Source: Candidatus Woesebacteria bacterium GW2011_GWB1_39_12
GTDB lineage: Bacteria > Patescibacteriota > Microgenomatia > UBA8517
Direction: 5' to 3'
NCBI GenBank assembly: GCA_000993405.1
Contig: LBWB01000009.1
Span: 77,848-141,847 of the forward strand
DNA: 64,000 nt
Below are positions 19,413 to 27,528 of this stretch, in pieces. Position numbers and translations under genes: made by a program. Positions within the stretch are counted from its first letter, which is position 1; every line of letters begins with the position of its first letter. Below the pieces are notes generated by a model. That model was not told where the DNA came from, made no database searches, and saw only the letters and a list, made by a program, of their open reading frames with translations.

Positions 19413-20507
19413 TTAGATACCACGCGTAAACTTAATTCTAGTCAAAAGCGTAAGGTCTTCTAAGATTTTTCCACATCCTCTAACTACACAAGTCAGGGGG
19501 TCATCGGCTATATAGGTAGGCATTTTGGTAGCTTCTGCAACAAATTCACCAATTCCAGGCAAAAGCGATCCTCCTCCGGCCATAACAATCCCTTTTTCCA
19601 TAATATCAGATACAAGTTCGGGCGGTGTTTCCTCCAACGTCTCTACGATATTTCCAACAATCTCCTGAATAACTGGCGCGAGAGCCTCTCTTATTTCTGA
19701 ACTTGAGAGTTTTATTGATTTCGGTAGACCGGTTTCCAGGTCTCGCCCTCGAACCACAAAGTACTTCTCCTCTTTTGTGGGTTTGGAAGTCCCGATTGAT
19801 ATCTTCACTTCCTCTGCGGTTGGTTCTCCCAGTAAAAGTGAATATTTAAGTCTGACGTAGCTAACTATCGCCTCATTCATTTCGTCTCCGGCAATTCTTA
19901 TTGATCGCCCAACAACGGTTCCCCCCAAGGAGATTACAGCCATCTCGGAAGTTCCTCCACCGATGTCTACAATAAAAATGCCCTCAGGTTTTTCAATGGG
20001 TAATTCTGCCCCGATTGCAGCAGCCATTGGTTCCTCGATTAGATGAGCTTCACGCGCCCCAGATGTAACCGCAGCATCAGCAACCGCCCGCCTTTCGACC
20101 TCTGTTACTCCTGACGGAATTCCGATAACAACTCTTGGTCGGGGAATTTTGGGTATAATTCCGCCAGATTCATGAACGCGCTTTATGTAATGAGAAAGCA
20201 TAGCTGCAGTTGCGTCAAAATCAGCAATAACTCCGTCTCTTAATGGCCTAACAGTCTCAATTGTTGATGGAGCACGTCCTTCCATTTTTTTTGCAGATGT
20301 TCCAATTGCCAGAATTTCTTTCGACTTTTTATGCCTGGCAACAGCAGAGGGTTCCCTTATGACAATCCCTTTACCCTTAACCCAGACAAGTGTATTAGCA
20401 GTTCCTAAGTCGATACCAACATCATGAGAGAAGATTCCAAAAAGTCTATTTATATGCAAAGAAGGCAAGATGCCGCCAACATTTTTAAGTTTCGTAGATA
20501 TCTTCAT
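19413..20507 (-). CDS. mreB: rod shape-determining actin homologue MreB
   Basis: 364 aa; …VGIDLGTANTLVWVKGKG… and actin-fold phosphate motifs. Confidence 0.95.
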   Translation of the reverse strand: MKISTKLKNVGGILPSLHINRLFGIFSHDVGIDLGTANTLVWVKGKGIVIREPSAVARHKKSKEILAIGTSAKKMEGRAPSTIETVRPLRDGVIADFDATAAMLSHYIKRVHESGGIIPKIPRPRVVIGIPSGVTEVERRAVADAAVTSGAREAHLIEEPMAAAIGAELPIEKPEGIFIVDIGGGTSEMAVISLGGTVVGRSIRIAGDEMNEAIVSYVRLKYSLLLGEPTAEEVKISIGTSKPTKEEKYFVVRGRDLETGLPKSIKLSSSEIREALAPVIQEIVGNIVETLEETPPELVSDIMEKGIVMAGGGSLLPGIGEFVAEATKMPTYIADDPLTCVVRGCGKILEDLTLLTRIKFTRGI

Positions 20508-20745
20508 ACCTTACCGCAGTATAACTTTTTGCTTAAAAGTTGCAAACCCCAACACTAAGTTAGCAGAAAATATTAAACTGATTTGCAACGTAAGATTATT
20601 AATATCTTACTGTTATTGAATGTTCCAAAATTATTATAATTAGGAGCATATTTTGTAAAATCAGCTACTAACTTGGTGTGAGGGCAAACCCCAACACTAA
20701 AATCTCGTTTAAAAGATATTGATTTTGTTGTAAATTGGAGTAAGT

Positions 20746-23001
20746 ATGGTCGAAAAAATTAAAAATAGTATCACAGTAGTTTATTATCTGTTGTTTTTTA
20801 GTGTACCTCTTATTTTTCATCCTCAAACTTCAGAGCTTTTTGAATTTAACAAAATGGTACTAACCTACGCGTTAACAACATTTATTGTTTCGTTATGGCT
20901 TATCCGCATGATTCTCGAGAAAAAGATTATCTTTCGTCGCACAATATTGGATATACCTTTAATAATTTTCCTGATTTCTCAATTCCTAAGTACCTTAATC
21001 TCCATAGATTCAAGAACTTCCCTTTTAGGCTACTATTCCCGCTTCCATGGAGGTTTGGCATCAAGTCTTTCTTATTCGCTTCTCTACTGGGCATTTGTTT
21101 CAAATATGCATCGTTTAGAGGTAATAAAATCAATAAAAATTCTTATCACAAGCGCATTTTTAATAAGTATCTGGGCGATATTTGAGCACTTCGGCCGCTC
21201 ATTCAGCTGTCTTTTAGTTCCGGAGTTTCGTAGCTTCGATGCTTCATGCTGGGTACAGGACGTTCAAAATAGAGTCTATGCAACCCTTGGGCAACCCAAT
21301 TGGTTGGCGGCTTGGATAGTAGCACTCACACCATTAACGTGGGGGTTCGCTTTAATATCAAATATCAATCCTTCGGCAAAGTTCAGGATTGATGCTGAGC
21401 GAAGTCGAAGCATCAAAAATCAAAAATCAAAATTACAAAGCAAAAAGACAAATATTTTAAAGTTTGTTTTTTGGGTTACCCTTTCAATTTTATTCTTTTC
21501 AACTTTATTGTTCACCAAGTCTAGATCTGGATTACTTGGATTTGGAGTAGCAAACTTGACTTTCTGGGCACTGTCTTTCTTATTCTCCCTTAAACATAAT
21601 ATTGAAAAAAAACACTTTCTCAAAACATTTGTAATTTGTAATTTGGCGTTTGTAATTCTCGCCCTGGCGAGCGGCACTCCTTGGACTCCGAATTTAAAAA
21701 ATGAGGGCTTGCCCGCCGAAGCCCTGAGCGACGCCGAAGGGGTGAAGGCGGGTCCTGCGCTCGAGGTAGGAGGTTCGTCTTCCGTAGAAATTAGAAAAAT
21801 TGTCTGGAAAGGGGCAATCGATATTTGGAAACACTATCCAATCTTGGGTACGGGCGTAGAAACTTTTGCCTTTTCCTACTATAACTTCCGGCCGGTAGAA
21901 CATAATTTGGTTTCGGAGTGGGACTTTCTTTACAATAAAGCACACAATGAATACCTTAACTATGCTGCAACTGCAGGCACGGTTGGACTCCTCGCATATC
22001 TCTTACTAATATGCTTCTCTGTCTACCAAATTTCTAATATCAAATTTCTGGGACAAAGTCCAAAGGATTTATCCGCCATTTCTAAACAAATCCCAAATTC
22101 CAAATCCCAATTAGGCCAATCAGAGCAATCAGAAATTAGTCTTTTGAGCATAGCATTATTATCTGGCTTTATATCAATCCTTATGACCAACTTCTTTGGC
22201 TTTTCCGTCGTCCCCGTCGCACTACAATTTTTCCTCTTTCCTGCATTTGCAATTACGCTTGCAGGACAAAGTGCAGAGGACAAAGTGCAAAGATTTGAAA
22301 AAATCGAATCATCTAACTCACAAAAAACCCTAGTCTTCTTTGTTTTTTGTACTATGCTCTTTGCGCTATTTTCCATAGGAAAATACTGGTATGGAGACTT
22401 TCTTTATGCAAAAGGAAAGATGTTTAACGATTCGCAGGAATATATTAAAGCCCAGGCTACACTTGCGAAAGCCGCAATGCTTTCTCCAAAAGAAAGCGTT
22501 TATCATGGAGAACTGGCTGACGTTGCATCAACTCTAGCAATCATCGCTTACGAGGAAGGCGATGAAGATCTTGCAAAAAAATTCGTGGAAATTGCAATTT
22601 ATGAGTCTGATATGGCAGCAAAACTTTCACCAGCAAATATCACTTTAAAAAGGGATAGAGCCAACATGTTTATCAAATTGTCGATAATCGATCCGAGTTT
22701 TCTGATCAGTGCTCGCAATACATTAATAGAAACGGTAAAGTTTGCCCCAACCGAAGCGAAACTTTCTTATAATCTGGGCGTGACCTATCTTCGTACCGGC
22801 GATTATGAAAAGGCAATTGAAATTATCCAAAAGGCGGTTGAGATGAAACCGAATTATAAGGAGGCTCACTATGCCCTTGCCCTTTTGTATATTGATAAAG
22901 GCGAAAAGGAAAAAGCCAAAGAAGAACTTCTTTATATTTTAGAAAATATCTCTTCCAATGATCCCGAAGTTAAGAGGGAGTTAGACGAATTAGGAATTTG
23001 A
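20746..23001 (+). CDS. polytopic membrane protein with O-antigen ligase (Wzy_C)-like core and C-terminal TPR repeats
   Basis: 751 aa; many TM segments; …NKAHNEYLNYAATAGTVGLLAYL… resembles the O-antigen ligase motif; C-terminal ~200 aa TPR-like (…YNLGVTYLRTGDYEKAIEIIQKAVEMKPNYKEAHYALALLY…). Confidence 0.7.
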   Translation: MVEKIKNSITVVYYLLFFSVPLIFHPQTSELFEFNKMVLTYALTTFIVSLWLIRMILEKKIIFRRTILDIPLIIFLISQFLSTLISIDSRTSLLGYYSRFHGGLASSLSYSLLYWAFVSNMHRLEVIKSIKILITSAFLISIWAIFEHFGRSFSCLLVPEFRSFDASCWVQDVQNRVYATLGQPNWLAAWIVALTPLTWGFALISNINPSAKFRIDAERSRSIKNQKSKLQSKKTNILKFVFWVTLSILFFSTLLFTKSRSGLLGFGVANLTFWALSFLFSLKHNIEKKHFLKTFVICNLAFVILALASGTPWTPNLKNEGLPAEALSDAEGVKAGPALEVGGSSSVEIRKIVWKGAIDIWKHYPILGTGVETFAFSYYNFRPVEHNLVSEWDFLYNKAHNEYLNYAATAGTVGLLAYLLLICFSVYQISNIKFLGQSPKDLSAISKQIPNSKSQLGQSEQSEISLLSIALLSGFISILMTNFFGFSVVPVALQFFLFPAFAITLAGQSAEDKVQRFEKIESSNSQKTLVFFVFCTMLFALFSIGKYWYGDFLYAKGKMFNDSQEYIKAQATLAKAAMLSPKESVYHGELADVASTLAIIAYEEGDEDLAKKFVEIAIYESDMAAKLSPANITLKRDRANMFIKLSIIDPSFLISARNTLIETVKFAPTEAKLSYNLGVTYLRTGDYEKAIEIIQKAVEMKPNYKEAHYALALLYIDKGEKEKAKEELLYILENISSNDPEVKRELDELGI

Positions 23002-23044
23002 TGTACAACTAATTTTTGGCCGTTTTCATGATATAATCTGCAGT

Positions 23045-23605
23045 ATGGTTAGAGAAATTTTAAATACAAAAGATCGCCGCTTAAGAGTGGTTTCAAAACC
23101 GGCGAGCAAAGTTGATAAAAAAATTAAAGAGCTTATCAAAGATTTAAAAGAAACTCTTCTTGTCCAAAAAGATCCCGAGGGAGTCGGTCTTGCGGCGCCG
23201 CAAATCGGAAAAAATGTCAGGGTCTTTGTTATTATGCCGGATAGTAAAATCAAGGTTATTATTAATCCTGAAGTCGTTAAAACGGAAACGGAAATCAAAA
23301 AGGAAGAAAAGTCATCTAAAGGACGACCTCGTCCAACAGATGGGGCAGCCGGCAGAAAAATTATGGAGGGCTGTCTGTCGCTTCCTAACTATTACGGGCC
23401 GATTAAACGAAGCGCTGAAATTACCATAAAATATCTTAATGAGGAAGGCGTTACCAGAACTGAAACTTTTTTTGGGATTGAAGCCCAAATTATTCAGCAC
23501 GAAATAGACCATTTAAACGGCATACTTTTCGTTGACCGCCTCCTGGAGCAAAAAAAACCGCTCTATGAGTATATTGATGGAGAGTGGGAAGAAGTCGAAC
23601 TTTAG
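23045..23605 (+). CDS. def: peptide deformylase
   Basis: 186 aa; motifs GVGLAAPQIG, EGCLS, QHEIDHLNG; carries a ~25-aa basic insertion. Confidence 0.9.
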   Translation: MVREILNTKDRRLRVVSKPASKVDKKIKELIKDLKETLLVQKDPEGVGLAAPQIGKNVRVFVIMPDSKIKVIINPEVVKTETEIKKEEKSSKGRPRPTDGAAGRKIMEGCLSLPNYYGPIKRSAEITIKYLNEEGVTRTETFFGIEAQIIQHEIDHLNGILFVDRLLEQKKPLYEYIDGEWEEVEL

Positions 23606-23669
23606 TTCCATCTCTTCGAGCCTGAGCCTCAGAGCCGAAGGCCTGAGCGCAGTCGAAGGATGAATTATT

Positions 23670-24674
23670 ATGAAGATTATATTTTTCGGTACCCCAGATT
23701 ATGTAGTCCCCGTCTTAGAAAGCTTACATAGGACTTTCAAGCCTAAAACGGGCGAGTCACCAATTGCTGCAGTAGTTACTCAAGCTCCGAAGCCGACCGG
23801 AAGAAAACAGGAATTATCCTACTCGCCTGTTGATACCTGGGCATTCAAGAAAAAGGTTCCTAAGTTCTTCGATCCAGAAGACATATTAAAAAATAAAATT
23901 CAGGCAGATTTAGGCGTTTTAGCATCATATGGCACAATTATTCCAGCCGAAGTTATTAATCATTTCCCTCACGGCATTTTAAACATCCATCCGTCTCTTT
24001 TACCAAAGTGGCGCGGTTCGTCTCCCATTCAAGCCATAATTATCTCCGAAGATCAGGCGGGTGCAACAATTATTAAAATTGATGAAAAACTGGATCATGG
24101 TCCGATAATTTCCCAATTTAAAGACGAGGTTCTACCAGAAGACACAACCGAAACTTTACGTAGACGCTTATTTGAAAGGTCTGCAGAAGTTTTGACTACC
24201 CTCATCCCTCCCTATTTGTCAGGTAAAATTATCCCCCGCGAACAGGATCATAAGTTAACAACATTTACTCGTGAAACCAAAAAAGAAGACGCATTTATTC
24301 CACCGCAGATGTTGTGGTCAGTGGTCAGTGGTCAGTGGTCAGAAAAACAAAAGGAGTGGAAAATTAGTTTTATCGGGGATCTCACTGTTCACTGTACACC
24401 AATCACTGTCCACAATTTCATTCGCGCCATGCAACCATGGCCAACAGCCTGGACTTTCGTCCGGCTAGGACAAAGAGCTAAGGACAAAGAGCAAATAAGA
24501 CTGAAAATTCTCAAAGCCCATCTCGAATCAATCCAAGCTACTGGATCCAAGCTACCAGCTACTAAACTAGTGCCTAGTGCCCAGTGCCTAGTGCCTGACC
24601 TCATCCAACTTGAAGGCAAATCCCCCGTTTCCTGGAAGCAATTCCTCGAAGGCTACCCTGAAGCAAAATTCTAG
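23670..24674 (+). CDS. fmt: methionyl-tRNA formyltransferase
   Basis: 334 aa; formyltransferase N-domain (…LNIHPSLLPKWRGSSPIQ…); C-terminal domain riddled with in-frame DNA word repeats. Confidence 0.9.
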   Translation: MKIIFFGTPDYVVPVLESLHRTFKPKTGESPIAAVVTQAPKPTGRKQELSYSPVDTWAFKKKVPKFFDPEDILKNKIQADLGVLASYGTIIPAEVINHFPHGILNIHPSLLPKWRGSSPIQAIIISEDQAGATIIKIDEKLDHGPIISQFKDEVLPEDTTETLRRRLFERSAEVLTTLIPPYLSGKIIPREQDHKLTTFTRETKKEDAFIPPQMLWSVVSGQWSEKQKEWKISFIGDLTVHCTPITVHNFIRAMQPWPTAWTFVRLGQRAKDKEQIRLKILKAHLESIQATGSKLPATKLVPSAQCLVPDLIQLEGKSPVSWKQFLEGYPEAKF

Positions 24675-24683
24675 ATTGGCCAA

Positions 24684-24935
24684 TCAAACAACTGAAATAC
24701 TTTTATAATTCCTAACAGCTCCGAATTTTTTGATTCTTTTCAAACATTTTGCACATATGCGCATTTGGCGCTCTTCTCCCCGAATTCTGAGGGTAACTCT
24801 CTGCAAATTAGGTTTGAATAGACGCGGAGTCGGAGTTACTCTATCTATCCAACGTTTTCCCGCAACACCCCTTTTGTGCTTTTGAGAACTTCCGACGACA
24901 CTTTTTTTACCGCAAATTTGACAAATATATGACAT
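24684..24935 (-). CDS. rpmB: 50S ribosomal protein L28
   Basis: 83 aa; …CQICGKKSVVG…LFKPNLQRVTLRI… typical L28. Confidence 0.85.
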   Translation of the reverse strand: MSYICQICGKKSVVGSSQKHKRGVAGKRWIDRVTPTPRLFKPNLQRVTLRIRGEERQMRICAKCLKRIKKFGAVRNYKSISVV

Positions 24936-25088
24936 GGTTAAATGGTTAGATAGTTAAATGGTTAAGAATAATAATTATTATATTCATAAAAAAACCATTC
25001 AGCCATATAGCTATCTAACAATTATTTGCTTTGCTTCTGCAAAGCTTGTCTATTATACTAATAAAGCGCCTTAATATCAAAAGCAATT

Positions 25089-25718
25089 ATGGAAATTCTT
25101 ATACCCGTTATTTCCTTTCTAGTAGCCATAACAATCCATGAGACCGCTCATGCGTGGATGTCTTATAGATTGGGAGATCCAACCGCCAAACTTCAAGGTA
25201 GACTTTCACTTAATCCTCTGGCACATATTGACCCTGTCGGGACAGTATTGGTTCCACTTTTTCTAATTATCACCAGATCACCATTAATTTTTGGCTGGGC
25301 AAAACCTGTTCAATTTGATCCCTATAACCTGAAAAATCCCAGAAAAGATTCCGCAACAATCTCGCTGGCAGGACCTCTCTCAAATTTTTCCTTAGCTATC
25401 TTACTTTCAATAATATTAAGGTTACTTCTTTTCAACTTTCCTTCCACGTCTTTTTTAATAAATCTTCTTACTTATACAATAGACATTAATATTGTACTTG
25501 GATTATTTAACCTTATCCCGATTCACCCTCTGGATGGGGGGAAAATATTTATAGGATTATTACCTCAAGATCAGGCATATGAAGCAGACATCTTCCTTAG
25601 AAGATACGGCATGATTATATTGTTATTCCTTGTTTTTCCTATATTCGGAAGAGTAGCCCCACTCTCATACGTTTTATTCCCTATTCGAAGATTATTACTA
25701 AATATCCTTATACCCTAA
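25089..25718 (+). CDS. site-2 protease family (M50) membrane metalloprotease
   Basis: 209 aa; HETAHA (HExxH) in a TM helix and downstream …PLDGGKIF… (M50 LDG motif). Confidence 0.75.
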   Translation: MEILIPVISFLVAITIHETAHAWMSYRLGDPTAKLQGRLSLNPLAHIDPVGTVLVPLFLIITRSPLIFGWAKPVQFDPYNLKNPRKDSATISLAGPLSNFSLAILLSIILRLLLFNFPSTSFLINLLTYTIDINIVLGLFNLIPIHPLDGGKIFIGLLPQDQAYEADIFLRRYGMIILLFLVFPIFGRVAPLSYVLFPIRRLLLNILIP

Positions 25719-26102
25719 GGTTATTTTTGCTCTATTCAACTATTGACCTTTCTTGCTACAATATAAGTGACCCTGTGGAGGGGATTCGGGAAAGCCTTTT
25801 CTCACCGTTTTTTAAACAATGGGTGCCCATTAATTAAGGGCCTCGGGGCAAAGTTCCCGATTTCCACGGAGTCCCGAGAGAAATCGAGGGATTCTAAGGA
25901 CTTCGAGACAGCCTACCCACCTGGATTCATCCGGGAAAAGTCTTCTTCCGAACCCAAAGCAGGGTCATTCTTGAGCAAATCCAGCTTCAATAATAACTTC
26001 TGTAATGTTATAATCAGTCAGTCTCGCCGTCTTAGCTCAGTGGTAAGCAAAGCTTGGCCGAGTCAGACTCGGTAAGCAAAGCTTGGCCGCTGAGATGCGT
26101 TT

Positions 26103-26174
26103 GCCGTCTTAGCTCAGTGGTAGAGCAGCTGTTTTGTAAACAGCAGGTCTAGGGTTCGAATCCCTAAGACGGCT
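26103..26174 (+). tRNA. tRNA-Thr (anticodon UGU)
   Basis: Hand-folded cloverleaf: acceptor gccgtct/agacggc, D-arm gctc-agtggta-gagc, anticodon arm gctgt-tttgtaa-acagc, T-arm taggg-ttcgaat-cccta; CCA not encoded. Confidence 0.85.
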
Positions 26175-26199
26175 CAAGTGCAAACACACATTTTATTTA

Positions 26200-26284
26200 G
26201 CTGGAGTGCCGGAGTGGACAATCGGAGCAGTCTGTAAAACTGCCGCCCGGACGGGCTACCCAGGTTCGAATCCTGGCTCCAGCA
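26200..26284 (+). tRNA. tRNA-Tyr (anticodon GUA), class II with long variable arm
   Basis: Acceptor gctggag/ctccagc, anticodon arm gcagt-ctgtaaa-actgc, long variable arm cgcccggacgggctac, T-arm ccagg-ttcgaat-cctgg. Confidence 0.85.
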
Positions 26285-26316
26285 CAAGTAAAGAATCTTT
26301 CAAGAGAAGTACAAAC

Positions 26317-27528
26317 TTAGACCTGACTTACGACTGTTGGAGGGTCACCGGGGTTGCTTCTTTCTTCTTTCTTCTTTTTTAACTTCAGAAATAAAATTAA
26401 GATTAGCACTAAGATAACTACAGCCCCAAAAGCCAGACCACCGTAAAGTATCCAGTTTTGGATATTTGCAGTACTTTCAGAAAATTGTTCTTCGAAAGTT
26501 TGCAGAGTGTCGCTTTCTACAACATTAATTTTGGTTATTTTGGTCTTTCCTTTGTACTTGACAATTAGGCCGTGCTCCCCTGGCGCCACGTTTTCAAAAG
26601 TAGCTTCACCGTTTTCGTCTGTGACGCTTTCTTTGAGCTCAGAATATAAAGAAATACTAGCCCCTTCAACGGGAGATCCATTAATGTCTAATATCTTTAA
26701 CTTTATCGAAAAACCGGGTGTCAAAAAGGTCGTTGCATCACCCACCGCCTCGTTTTCTTTTGAATCGATAGATTTAACTCTTAAGTAGTAAGTTGTGCCA
26801 GGAATAAGAGTTCCTTCCGCCAAGATAACAACGTGGTCCTTTGTAAGTTCTTCTGAAAGAAAATTGAACTCGTAATTACCTGTTACCCCGTATTCGACAA
26901 TAGAACTTGCAGCAAGATTTGTATTCCATGTAACTTTAGCAGAAGTCTTAGTAATTTCTGTAACCTGGACATTACTAATAGTTAATGCCGCCACTCCCGT
27001 TGAAGTCTGGGTAGTTTGAGAACCGGAGGATGACTGCTCGCTACCTGAACCTGAAAGTGAAAGGTTGGCGGTTGAGCCTCCTGTGAAAATATTGGAATTG
27101 TCGGCATCTTTTAAAATTGCCGAATCGCCTGCGAAACTCAATGTCGCGGAGCCGGAGTCAGCTAAGACAATAAAATTTACAGAAGCTATGAATTTGCTGC
27201 CCGAAAATCCGGGTGTAGGCGTCCCTCCGCCGATTCTTACAAAACCTCCCCCACCCCCCTTTTCAGCAATTATTGTCAAAACCGAGCCGCCGGTAGATAC
27301 GCTTGAAAACTGAAGCTTGTCCGCAGGATAGATAATGTTAGCCTGAACCGCATTTACGTTTTCTCCTCCTGTCGCGACACTTACATTCATCTTTAAGGTA
27401 GAGCCTTTCGAATAGGTACCAGAAGTAGGACTAAGGCTGAATGTAGCCGCAAAGACAGACGAGGGAACGGCCAAAAACAAGACAAAAAAGCTAAAAAAGA
27501 CAAAGAGTTGGGCAGTTATTTTTTTCAT
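26317..27528 (-). CDS. cell-surface protein: signal peptide, cohesin-like domain, Ig/FN3-like repeats, C-terminal TM anchor
   Basis: 403 aa; N-terminal signal; …NAVQANIIYPADKLQFSSV… matches the cohesin consensus (GIxxxDFxxxYDPxxL); C-terminal hydrophobic helix then a KKKK tail. Confidence 0.5.
   Translation of the reverse strand: MKKITAQLFVFFSFFVLFLAVPSSVFAATFSLSPTSGTYSKGSTLKMNVSVATGGENVNAVQANIIYPADKLQFSSVSTGGSVLTIIAEKGGGGGFVRIGGGTPTPGFSGSKFIASVNFIVLADSGSATLSFAGDSAILKDADNSNIFTGGSTANLSLSGSGSEQSSSGSQTTQTSTGVAALTISNVQVTEITKTSAKVTWNTNLAASSIVEYGVTGNYEFNFLSEELTKDHVVILAEGTLIPGTTYYLRVKSIDSKENEAVGDATTFLTPGFSIKLKILDINGSPVEGASISLYSELKESVTDENGEATFENVAPGEHGLIVKYKGKTKITKINVVESDTLQTFEEQFSESTANIQNWILYGGLAFGAVVILVLILILFLKLKKKKEERSNPGDPPTVVSQV

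Noticed and set aside
24306-24600. Possible CRISPR array (regular short repeats)
   Set aside because: The repeats are 7-9-nt tandem words without spacers and lie in-frame inside fmt. This is not a repeat-spacer architecture. No cas genes are present.
25767-26075. 102-aa plus-strand ORF running into the tRNA-Thr(UGU) locus
   Set aside because: It overlaps the tRNA-associated repeats, has no family resemblance and atypical composition. It is probably non-coding leader.
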